Notes under the pieces: generated by a model
Told to the model about the DNA's origin: nothing
What the model saw: only the letters and a program-made list of their open reading frames with translations
Databases searched by the model: none
Virus record (IMG/VR): IMGVR_UViG_3300042261_002390
Coordinates: 124,001 to 188,000 of that record
Length of the DNA: 64,000 bases
Strand: one strand, 5' to 3'
Program-made: the position numbers and the translations under genes
In this document: piece by piece, positions 9,501 to 17,388 of the stretch
Layout: the number at the start of each line of letters is the position of its first letter
Numbering within the stretch: position 1 is the first letter of the stretch

Positions 9501-11950
9501 GTATCATTCAATATGTTGAGGGATGGACACGAGTGCTGCCGAATGAATTTATTACAGTTACACGGTATAAAAACACTAATAATTTTTTTGCTGGTGAATC
9601 AAATATAATGTTAAGCCAAGATGATAAAAGAATTTCAGGAAATTGGAATGGTGTAGCTGATTATCAAGAATCTTTAAGACTGTTTCAAAGTTATATGAAT
9701 AAGGCTAAAGATAAGAATCCTGACATAAATTTTTATCCTGAAAAAATAAACGATTATGATGATTCATACAATGGATTGAAGGGCTTATATTTTGAAGGTG
9801 TCGGTGATACTTATGTTGAAAAGAAATTTGGCATTGAACCTGAATTTTCTGATTTTGAAGATAAATATAATTCAGCACAAAATTATAAAGATAGGGACAA
9901 GGTGGTATATAACGATGGTAAAGGTCTTGTCATAATAAAAAATCCTAAGAATTTAGATAATATCGGATATGGCGTTAGAGGTATTATTGACAAATATGGT
10001 AATTTATATGTTGAACAAAAATCGAAAGTAATACATGATAAGATTTTGAAGATATTAACTGAATTGGGATTAATTAAATATAATATAAATTGGCGATATG
10101 AGATTCCTACTGAGTTTATTACTGTGCATAGAAATTATCACAAGAATCAATTTTTACTTGGTGATTCTAATGACATGATGATTCCTGATGAATATAGGAG
10201 TGAATATCAAAAGGATATTTTGCCTAGTTTTTCTGAAGCAGAACCAGTATTTAATACATTTATTGAAAAAGCAAAACAAGTTAATCCTGATATTGATTTC
10301 AGTACAGACCTTATTGATGGCTATGTAAAATTCAATACTAATGAGGGTGTTGGTGACAAATATGCTGAGAAGAAATTTGGTGTTGAGCCAGAATTTTCTG
10401 ATTTTGAAAAAAGATATGCATCAAAACAGAATGTTGAACAAGAAGAGGTGGTATACCAAGATAATGAATTGATTTTAATTAAAAACCCTAAATCATTGGA
10501 ACATATCGGCTCAAATGTAAGAGGTGTTGTTGATAAAGAAGGTAATTTGTATGTTGAACAAGAAGTTGGAAATATACATGAAGATATTTTAAAAATACTA
10601 AATAGTTTAAACTTAATTAGATATCAAAATAATTGGGAAAGGAAAATTCCTTCAAATTATATAACAGTTCAAAGATATTATAATACTGATTTATTTTATT
10701 TGGGCGAATCAAATGAAACAATGCTCCCTGATGAAGATAGATTTGAAGACCATAATGCAGCTAGATATGTAGATGCAAAACCAGTGTTTCAACAGTTCAT
10801 TCATCGTGCAAAACAAAAGAATCCTAAAATTAAGTTTATTAATGATATGTTGACTGTTTATCAGGATTATAATGAATCAGTGGAAAAATTTGATAATAAT
10901 TTTGGTTTGTATTCAGAAAATACTATCTTTGCTGATGAAAATTTAGATGAAACTTTAGGTGAGTTGGATAAATACTACGTGAAAACTGGTATATATGACG
11001 ACGAAGACCGTGATGTGATTTTATCGATAACGAATGGTGATAATTGGACAAAGCTTATTGCTGACATGTATTATTATCTTGGAGATAGGTATAATAAGCA
11101 AATGGTTGAACCGAGAAAATTAAATGATAATGAAATCACGTATCTTAAAAATACACATGAATTATTGAAGGCGTATGATAAAAATGTATTACCAATTCAT
11201 GACTTATTTGCTCGTGAACATAATGCACATGCTCTTGAAAAAATGAATGACCTTAATACTAGGAATGTTATACTGAAGAAACTTAAACAGATTCCAAGTG
11301 TATATCTTCGTAATTTAAGAGCTGATTTGAGAAAGGAAAGAGACCATTATGAATTTGATAGTTTGTTGAAAAACATTAATTCAATTCTTAATTCAATGAG
11401 AGTTCTGAATAATGTTAATGCTGAAAGAGCTAATTTAATTTTAAAGAAAGTTTTTTCAAATGAGAACGATACTTTTGAAAAGATTAAAGAAAGATTTGAT
11501 AATATATTTATACCATATTTGTCACAAGATGAACCGATTGAGGAAATTTTAGATAATATTAAGTATTGGAAAGATGAAGTGGAATTGTTATATAATAAGA
11601 ACGACGTTGTTGCTGTTAAAATAATGAGTGCTGAAGCAATGACAGCATTTGGTTGTAGTTCACAATGGTGCTTTGCAAGAGATACTGGTTGGTGGGATAA
11701 TTATGCTGAATATGGGTTTGCAACAATTGTATATAACTTTAATTTAGACCCTAGTGACCCTAAAAGAATGGTCGTGGTTTTAGATAATGGTAATGTATAT
11801 AACATGTATAATGAGTACATGGATGAAGGTATTGAATATTTGGAAGAAATTGGTGTATATGATTATATGCCGACATCGGATGAATATGAACACGAGTTTG
11901 ATAGCGAAGTGAATGAAAATATTGAAGAGGCTAGAAAATTAATAATTTGA
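6584..11950 (+). CDS. 1788-aa polyvalent protein: two protein-kinase-like domains, three ~180-aa repeats, C-terminal PcfJ-like domain
   Basis: Kinase 1: IGAGTGRAVY..VLKVAK..E..DMGR..LTDYG. Kinase 2: LGSGNFGVAY..VLKIT..E..DYINPKNLG..FFDVG. C-terminal AMTAFGCSSQWCFA..WWDNY resembles PcfJ-like domains. Confidence 0.8.
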   Translation: MTYEEFREKFLPEFSKIRTFAGKIRYADQYLTKIGAGTGRAVYDIDGSKVLKVAKNPKGVAQNEVEAPLGDDYYIKDVVTEVFDSADDDSWIIAEKAKKVNESRIKQLTGIPSLVRLYTFLKYVYEQSVKPNRNNPTRLNQNEIDFFYENEFASGLADLIGSYEHSYGDMGRPSSYGEVLRNGQPTIVLTDYGLNDEVYSQHYDRSRKKGYRMYELYQFADGNDDMLSDIGNTGEVRHVMWAQVPYSVGDGDGVINEEFVHFVSNRDYYPEKPLETMPYLVENFHECINNLKEALNVAKDKKHFYSNLLKLQEYLTNQGWFNREPLGELYEVDNKKINESLDIKLANEVALEVAQIKGFNEPKYLGSGNFGVAYDIGDGKVLKITTDHTEANENIGLLGKPLKYIAKPFNVYKIESESGRVDDDTYAIVLEKLQTDVEKFTKLRQRLDYAFGKILDLSLADVLADYVADYINPGDMRRIEAYMKKNPIDAEFFYSLIHIADEAKSYGVDSIDYINPKNLGYMPSGAIGFFDVGFGNAFVQPDIPKMSIGEDGAAKFSQTDSIGRDDFPTYDQDNGDDPIENNLDANSANYVDEREMKFMPKSKGVEVKKKCRLGGLGNTSAACNQGDISNLNISRLDEINIRHNETVWGWVSPNNEFIRVPKLNHRGYIMRVYKDYEYSWDYDRVFDKAIEDGWVRVIYEYFSDKFRGELSLNGYDKDRVISVFKTMFYDLVKYGGNSIYLEYENPKGYDSFYAGNTEGRKKLNDFIGITETINEEIHADDAKEYNDAMQAMLDGKKDVSTIAFKIRPALRDVVTQNDFGLIPVQQERSNVDMNIVYRKTSRGEANAKRLYQIMMKHGGYAADQTPDEAREIGMLLDYSNDSINQYIENKYVNKIDEGIFDDFETRFRAHKISNVENVIYRESDGYFIIKNPKSLQHITHNVRGVITSSGDLYVENYVKKVHSTILMILSDLGIIQYVEGWTRVLPNEFITVTRYKNTNNFFAGESNIMLSQDDKRISGNWNGVADYQESLRLFQSYMNKAKDKNPDINFYPEKINDYDDSYNGLKGLYFEGVGDTYVEKKFGIEPEFSDFEDKYNSAQNYKDRDKVVYNDGKGLVIIKNPKNLDNIGYGVRGIIDKYGNLYVEQKSKVIHDKILKILTELGLIKYNINWRYEIPTEFITVHRNYHKNQFLLGDSNDMMIPDEYRSEYQKDILPSFSEAEPVFNTFIEKAKQVNPDIDFSTDLIDGYVKFNTNEGVGDKYAEKKFGVEPEFSDFEKRYASKQNVEQEEVVYQDNELILIKNPKSLEHIGSNVRGVVDKEGNLYVEQEVGNIHEDILKILNSLNLIRYQNNWERKIPSNYITVQRYYNTDLFYLGESNETMLPDEDRFEDHNAARYVDAKPVFQQFIHRAKQKNPKIKFINDMLTVYQDYNESVEKFDNNFGLYSENTIFADENLDETLGELDKYYVKTGIYDDEDRDVILSITNGDNWTKLIADMYYYLGDRYNKQMVEPRKLNDNEITYLKNTHELLKAYDKNVLPIHDLFAREHNAHALEKMNDLNTRNVILKKLKQIPSVYLRNLRADLRKERDHYEFDSLLKNINSILNSMRVLNNVNAERANLILKKVFSNENDTFEKIKERFDNIFIPYLSQDEPIEEILDNIKYWKDEVELLYNKNDVVAVKIMSAEAMTAFGCSSQWCFARDTGWWDNYAEYGFATIVYNFNLDPSDPKRMVVVLDNGNVYNMYNEYMDEGIEYLEEIGVYDYMPTSDEYEHEFDSEVNENIEEARKLII
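9269..10880 (+). repeat. Three tandem diverged ~540-nt domain repeats inside the giant ORF
   Basis: Each copy has IKNPK.L..I...VRG.I...G.LYVE...H..IL..L...W....P...ITV.R...G(E/D)SN. Copies 2 and 3 share EGVGD.Y.EKKFG.EPEFSDFE. Confidence 0.9.
10901..10931 (+). promoter_or_regulatory. Bacteroidota-type promoter embedded in the giant ORF
   Basis: TTTG-N19-TATCTTTG, located in an interdomain linker. Confidence 0.45.
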
Positions 11951-12101
11951 TAAAATTCAAAAAAAGAATATCAATAGAGATTTGAGAAAGTTTAAATACT
12001 TGACATCTATGGGATATACTATATTGTATCTATGGGAATATGATTTAAAACACAATTTAAATGAATGTAAAAATAAATTAAATAGACTGTTATATGAATA
12101 A
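11946..12101 (+). pseudogene. C-terminal relic of a Vsr/DUF559-like endonuclease
   Basis: Start-less frame FDKIQKKNINRDLRKFKYLTSMGYTILYLWEYDLKHNLNECKNKLNRLLYE*. The RD..K...L...GY.IL.LWE.D pattern is typical of Vsr-like nucleases. Not in the ORF track. Confidence 0.75.
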
Positions 12102-13719
12102 GATAAAAAATTTTATAGCTGATTTAAAAACCAAACCGTTTATCAAATCAATGATAAATGATTTGAATGCTGAAGTATATGTTGTTGGTGGTGCAACTAG
12201 AGACCTTATTCTCAATAAAAATAACAAGGATATTGATTTATTAATTAGAAAAATACCAATCGATGTGTTAATATCTCATTTAAAAAATTATGGTAAATTA
12301 GATATTGTGGGTAAATCATTTGGAGTTATTAAGTTTATTGATTCAGATGGCGTTGATTATGATATAGCATTGCCTCGCCGAGAAAAACCAACAGGTGAGG
12401 GTGGACATAAAGACTTTGAAATTCAGAGCGATGAAAATTTACCGATTGAAGTGGATTTGAGTAGAAGGGACGCTAAACTTAATGCAATGGCAATTGATTT
12501 AAACAACGAAAAATTTGTTGACCCTTTGGGTGGTTTGGACGATATTCAAAATAAACAAATATCTGCTGCAAATCCTAATGCATTTTCAGATGACCCACTT
12601 CGTATGTTGAGAATGATTGGTTTTGCAAGTCGATTTGGATTTACGATTGAACCCAGAACAATGGAAATGATTCAAAAAAATGCTGAAAGTATTAAGAGAA
12701 TACCTGCTGAAAGAATTATCGAAGAATTCAAGAAGATTATCGAAAAGGGTAATCCTAGAATTGGTGTTGAACTTTTAGTATCTACCGGGTTATTTAAACA
12801 AATATTTGGTAATGAAATCAAGCAATCACAAATAGATAAGCGTGATTTTGAAAGCGTTAAATCTATGGCTGAGTTTTTATTTTTGATGATGTATGATGTT
12901 GTTCAAAATCCGTCACAATTTTATTTAAGTAAATTTAGTACGGAAGATGCTTTAAGGGATAAAAACTATAAAGAAATAAAAGCATTGGAGTTGGCATTTG
13001 CAAATACCAATAATAATCCAGTGGCTACAAGGTCAGTTGCACATAACATGTATGTAATGTCACCTGTTTCTTTGGAGAGTTCAATTCTTCCTTCTGAGAT
13101 TAAAACTGCAGCACAGGATTTGCTTTCAGGTAGATATCCTAAAACAGTTAATGAATTGGCTGTTAATGGCGGTGATTTAATGCAGTTAGGATTAAAAGGT
13201 AAAGAAGTTGGTGATATGCAAAAGTCATTATTGCTTAAAGTTTATGGCGATAAAGTTCGTAACGATAAGAATAGTTTGCTTGCTGTTGCTAAAGGTGAAG
13301 AACCAAACAACTTAAGTGAGGTTGATGCTAATATTGATAAGAATGTTCTTTATAGTGCAGTTGTGCTTGACGATGAGTCACGTAGCAAATTATTGAAAGT
13401 GGTTCAACCTATGATACCTGATGGTTGGGAAGTTATAGCGCATCACATGACAATCAAAATGGGTGCAATAAACCCCGAAAATCGGGGTGATTTGAATACC
13501 GAAGTAACGCTTGATGTTATTGATTACGCTATCGATGATATGGCATTTGCTGTTGGTGTAAGTGGTTATCCATCCAACAATAAGAAGCCTCATATTACTA
13601 TTGCAATTAATAGACTTGAAGGTGCTAAACCAGTAATGTCTAATAATTTAACTGATTGGAAACCATTAGGTTTTCCATTAAAACTGAAAGGAATTGTTAC
13701 TGAAATTAAACGAAATTAA
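12094..13719 (+). CDS. cca: CCA-adding/poly(A) polymerase-family nucleotidyltransferase fused to a C-terminal 2H phosphoesterase
   Basis: VVGGATRD..KDID, DLSRRD..NAMA, DPLGG..D, FSDDPLRMLR. The C-terminal domain has two HxT motifs (HHMTI, PHITI). Confidence 0.88.
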   Translation: MNKIKNFIADLKTKPFIKSMINDLNAEVYVVGGATRDLILNKNNKDIDLLIRKIPIDVLISHLKNYGKLDIVGKSFGVIKFIDSDGVDYDIALPRREKPTGEGGHKDFEIQSDENLPIEVDLSRRDAKLNAMAIDLNNEKFVDPLGGLDDIQNKQISAANPNAFSDDPLRMLRMIGFASRFGFTIEPRTMEMIQKNAESIKRIPAERIIEEFKKIIEKGNPRIGVELLVSTGLFKQIFGNEIKQSQIDKRDFESVKSMAEFLFLMMYDVVQNPSQFYLSKFSTEDALRDKNYKEIKALELAFANTNNNPVATRSVAHNMYVMSPVSLESSILPSEIKTAAQDLLSGRYPKTVNELAVNGGDLMQLGLKGKEVGDMQKSLLLKVYGDKVRNDKNSLLAVAKGEEPNNLSEVDANIDKNVLYSAVVLDDESRSKLLKVVQPMIPDGWEVIAHHMTIKMGAINPENRGDLNTEVTLDVIDYAIDDMAFAVGVSGYPSNNKKPHITIAINRLEGAKPVMSNNLTDWKPLGFPLKLKGIVTEIKRN

Positions 13720-13755
13720 GTCTAAATAAGTAGTTGAATTCATTAAAGATATTTT

Positions 13756-14394
13756 ATGATTAGCAGAAATATATATTTTGAAGAAAACAAGTTTAAAAGA
13801 TTTGGTGATTATATTGAGTATCATTTACTTAATGAGATAGCTAAGAAATATGGTATAACTAACGAAAATGGCGTTGAAGTAAACGTGTTTAATGTAAATC
13901 GAAAGGGGAAAAAATTTAAGCCATTCGATATTTTTGTTAGGAACATAAAAAAAAGAATTGAAGTAAAAGGTGATTACATGACAGTTCGATTGGGTAATAT
14001 TATTGTTGAAACTTATGGACACGATGGATTTTCAGGGATATCTACCACAAAAGCAGATTATTGGGTTTTTGTTACTGGCTTTTATAAAATTTGGATAACA
14101 CCAAATGAATTAAAAAAATACATTACATTAAGAAATTTAAGCGTCGGAGATGTTAGAGGCAATGGGGATAATTATACAAAAAAAGCATATAAAGTAAGAC
14201 ATGACGATTTTATTGACTATATTTTAAATCTTAACGATAAAAATATTGGACTAGTTGTTCCGATAGATAGAAATAGTCCGTTATATTGGCATAAATGTAT
14301 TCCTTTTAATTATAGTCTTAGAAAATATCATCAAGAGGCTAATATTTTTGAAGAACGTAAGGATGAATTATTTAAAATAAAAAGAAGTAGATGA
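13756..14394 (+). CDS. PD-(D/E)xK endonuclease-like protein
   Basis: E..L...FDIFV...IEVKGD...GNIIVE...SGI.TTKADYW. Confidence 0.7.
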   Translation: MISRNIYFEENKFKRFGDYIEYHLLNEIAKKYGITNENGVEVNVFNVNRKGKKFKPFDIFVRNIKKRIEVKGDYMTVRLGNIIVETYGHDGFSGISTTKADYWVFVTGFYKIWITPNELKKYITLRNLSVGDVRGNGDNYTKKAYKVRHDDFIDYILNLNDKNIGLVVPIDRNSPLYWHKCIPFNYSLRKYHQEANIFEERKDELFKIKRSR

Positions 14395-14420
14395 AAAAAA
14401 GATTAGTAGCATTTGAATGA
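14391..14420 (+). pseudogene. Orphaned original 5' end of the HAD gene (MKKRLVAFE*)
   Basis: ATGA overlap with the upstream stop. The peptide aligns with RKRLIAIDFD at the start of 15493..16098. Confidence 0.65.
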
Positions 14421-14422
14421 TA

Positions 14423-15436
14423 TTAAATATATTTAAAAAAATATCCTTTAGTGTGATTTCTTTCACCACTAATAACTCTTCTAATACATTTGTCTTTAAT
14501 TTTCATAATATCACATAATTCATGTATATTATTGAAAGTGCGAATGTATTGTTTTGTATTATAGTCAAACATTTCTATTTTACGTAGCTTAGATAATCTA
14601 TTATATGTGCCTTGTCGATATTCTCTTAATGTTTGAAATATTTCATATTTTCTGCTTAGTCTTAATGTTTCAGAATCATAATACATTTCATTTTTTATTA
14701 TATTGAGGTCGTGATATGAATAATAAAAAATTTTTGAGATGTAATTATTACTTGACTGATATACTGTATTAGTTAATTTAGTGTTATTCGATATGTGATA
14801 TCTTAAAAAATCATGTTTAATTTGTTTTAATAATGCCTCCGACCCGATTATCTGAAATCTTAGTCTTCCTTTTTTTTGATTTTTTTCGTTAGTAATTGAC
14901 CCGTCACCATCAAAAACACCTCTAATAAAATGCCAAAAATATTCATTAGGTATATTTGGCATTTCACAGGTGAACGATTTGTTGGGATATATGCCCAATT
15001 TATTTAAATCATCAACAATTTCTTTAGATGCTATTTGTAATGAATATCTAGTATATGTTTTATTTGTTCTTTTATCAAAAATATCGTATTTGGCTAATTT
15101 ATGTTCAGACTTGAGTTCTCGTTTAAATATTTCAACAAGCTCACTGTCTTTAGATGTAAAAGTTAATTTAAATTTATTAACATATCCGTCAGATATGATT
15201 AATCCTAGTATGTAAGCTTTATTTTTATTGTTGATTTCTTTAAAAAAATTTATATCAATGCTGTGTTTTCTATTATTGCCGTCGTGAGATTTATTATCTA
15301 ACGTATATCCATATTTTTTCAACCGATTTCCGATTGTTGATGGTGATACGTCACCAATTAAGTTAGCTATTTTATTTAATGAGTATTTATCTTTAAAATA
15401 ATAATTAAATATTTGTTCTATGTTTATGTTTTTCAT
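14423..15436 (-). CDS. Free-standing LAGLIDADG homing endonuclease with HTH/NUMOD1-like domains
   Basis: AYILGLIISDG and HFIRGVFDGDGSI motifs, NUMOD1-like C-terminus (IRTFNNIHE...TKGYFFKY), own minus-strand GTATTTAT at 15455-15462. Confidence 0.9.
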   Translation of the reverse strand: MKNINIEQIFNYYFKDKYSLNKIANLIGDVSPSTIGNRLKKYGYTLDNKSHDGNNRKHSIDINFFKEINNKNKAYILGLIISDGYVNKFKLTFTSKDSELVEIFKRELKSEHKLAKYDIFDKRTNKTYTRYSLQIASKEIVDDLNKLGIYPNKSFTCEMPNIPNEYFWHFIRGVFDGDGSITNEKNQKKGRLRFQIIGSEALLKQIKHDFLRYHISNNTKLTNTVYQSSNNYISKIFYYSYHDLNIIKNEMYYDSETLRLSRKYEIFQTLREYRQGTYNRLSKLRKIEMFDYNTKQYIRTFNNIHELCDIMKIKDKCIRRVISGERNHTKGYFFKYI

Positions 15437-15492
15437 AAATTTGCATTTTTAAAAATAAATACTTTGAGATTTAAAATTATTGGGTTTTGATT

Positions 15493-16098
15493 ATGGAAAA
15501 AAATAAAAATACTCGAAAACGTCTAATAGCCATCGATTTTGACCAATGTTTGGTCAACACCCCTGAAGAAATTCAAGGTAAGAAAACTTGGGAAGAAGTT
15601 AAAGGTGTTCCTTATCCGCATAATGGATGGTGGGGTAGGAAAGAAAGCTTAGATTTGGATGTTTTTGATATAAAACCATATCCTAACGTACTGTCTGTTT
15701 TAAGAAAAGAAAGCAGTAGAAATGATACGTATGTTATTGTTTTAACAGCAAGAATGGAAAAATTGCGTCCATATGTGCAAGCAGTTCTTGATGCAAATAA
15801 CATTAGGGTTGATAAATTGGATATGAAAAGTGATAATAAAACAAAGGGTGAAAGAATATTGGCATATTTAGCTGAGATGCCTGAAATAAAAGAAATTTCA
15901 GTTTTCGATGACCAAGAAAAACATCTTGATTCGTATCGTGAAATTATAGATAAACTACCTAAAGGTGTTAAATTGAATATTTTTAAAACTGATGAGGGTG
16001 TGATTAATTTAGTTGAATCAAAAAATAAACTCAATCATATTATTTCTGATGAAATTGAAAATTTTTTTGATTGTATTTATATTAAAAAAATTCTATGA
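15493..16098 (+). CDS. HAD-family phosphatase (Swiss-Army-knife RNA-repair HAD-like)
   Basis: IDFD..LVNTP, WW...ESL, VLTAR, K, VFDD motifs. Confidence 0.8.
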   Translation: MEKNKNTRKRLIAIDFDQCLVNTPEEIQGKKTWEEVKGVPYPHNGWWGRKESLDLDVFDIKPYPNVLSVLRKESSRNDTYVIVLTARMEKLRPYVQAVLDANNIRVDKLDMKSDNKTKGERILAYLAEMPEIKEISVFDDQEKHLDSYREIIDKLPKGVKLNIFKTDEGVINLVESKNKLNHIISDEIENFFDCIYIKKIL

Positions 16099-16910
16099 TT
16101 GACATGAGATATAAACCACGCTTTCTTCCGCAAGTTTCTGCACCATACAATATTGTATTAGAGAGGCTTGATGAAGAAGGTGTTGACTATCATTTAGTTG
16201 AAGTAGACCCAAATGAATTAAAACCAATACAGGGTATTGTATTTAGTGATGATATTGGTAATGTGAAATTGGATGATTTCACCCCAATTTATATCGATAG
16301 CGAATACAATATACTTGATGGACATCACAGGGCGATGCGTGCTTTATTTGATGGAGTTCCGTTAAAAGCAGTGATGCTTGAATTAAACAGTAAGGATGGT
16401 AGCCGAGTTTTAAATAAAATTCAAGACATTTATGAATATGAAGAAATGCGTGGCTTGGAAGAAGTTGAAATGCAGGATACTATTAATTATTATCAAGGTG
16501 ATGAAAATCAATTTTTAACTTCATTAGATGAAGATAATGCTGCAGTACAGAACGAAAATCCAAGTCTAAATCAACAAAAAATCATTGCTTATCGAAAAGA
16601 ACCAATTAAGGAAAATTCTGTTGTTGGTAATTTCTTCACATTAAACCCTTTAGATGGTTTCAGTAAATATGAGATTGAATTTGATAATCTTCTCGATACT
16701 GATGCATTAGGTGTGATGTATAAAGATAGTCAAGACCCGGTTGACATATTGTCAAAAATTTGGTTTCCTAATGTTAATTTTGAGGAAATTAGTAAACAAT
16801 ATGATGTGCCTGCAGCTAATTTGAAAAGTAAAGCAGTTGCAGAAAAAGCTAATAAAATGGGTTTTGATGGAATTAAATACGGTGATAAATTAATACAAGG
16901 ATTAAAATAA
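16095..16910 (+). CDS. ParB/Srx-like domain plus C-terminal ADP-ribosyltransferase-like domain
   Basis: VDPNELKPIQ..PIYID...ILDGHHR (ParB-like). AYR..GNFFT..Y.I.FDNLLD..GFDGIKY weakly resembles ART-PolyVal. Confidence 0.6.
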   Translation: MIDMRYKPRFLPQVSAPYNIVLERLDEEGVDYHLVEVDPNELKPIQGIVFSDDIGNVKLDDFTPIYIDSEYNILDGHHRAMRALFDGVPLKAVMLELNSKDGSRVLNKIQDIYEYEEMRGLEEVEMQDTINYYQGDENQFLTSLDEDNAAVQNENPSLNQQKIIAYRKEPIKENSVVGNFFTLNPLDGFSKYEIEFDNLLDTDALGVMYKDSQDPVDILSKIWFPNVNFEEISKQYDVPAANLKSKAVAEKANKMGFDGIKYGDKLIQGLK

Positions 16911-16916
16911 TTAACT

Positions 16917-17249
16917 ATGAATACATATAAAATTACAAACATTACAAATCAATTAAATAAACGTGAAAGTCAATATAATAGTAATGTTGATATTCAATAT
17001 GTTGATAATATGATAAAAAAAACAATTACGGTGAAACCCGGAGAAACTGTTTATTTATCTATTGATAAATTACCAACATCAATTCATAAATTAAAAATGA
17101 AGAACTTCATCATTGTATTGTTTATGGATACAGTGGAATTGGAACATCTTATCGATAAATCAAAAGCAAAAACTGTGGAAATTCCTGAGATTGTTGAACA
17201 GCCAATAATTACGAAAAAGAGGAATAAAAAAGAAAACGAATCTAAATAA
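16917..17249 (+). CDS. Hypothetical protein
   Basis: 110-aa ORF in operon, followed by a terminator. Confidence 0.75.
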   Translation: MNTYKITNITNQLNKRESQYNSNVDIQYVDNMIKKTITVKPGETVYLSIDKLPTSIHKLKMKNFIIVLFMDTVELEHLIDKSKAKTVEIPEIVEQPIITKKRNKKENESK

Positions 17250-17266
17250 TTAATATTCAGTCAGAT

Positions 17267-17296
17267 AAAAAGGTCAACAAATGTTGACCTTTTTTT
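17267..17296 (+). terminator. Intrinsic terminator
   Basis: AAAAAGGTCAACA-aa-TGTTGACCTTTTTTT. Confidence 0.85.
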
Positions 17297-17388
17297 ATTA
17301 TATTTTTTATCTATAATATTCAAGATTTATCCAAAAAATACGTATTTATAATAAATTACATTAATTTATAAATTTTTATAAGACGTAT

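Noticed and set aside
9269-10880. Diversity-generating retroelement TR/VR pair
   Set aside because: The repeats are diverged in-frame protein domains, differences are not adenine-specific, and no reverse transcriptase is present.
14421-15490. Group I intron carrying the LAGLIDADG ORF
   Set aside because: The ORF is antisense with its own promoter, leaves almost no room for a ribozyme core, and the downstream HAD has its own start. Not formally excluded without RT-PCR.
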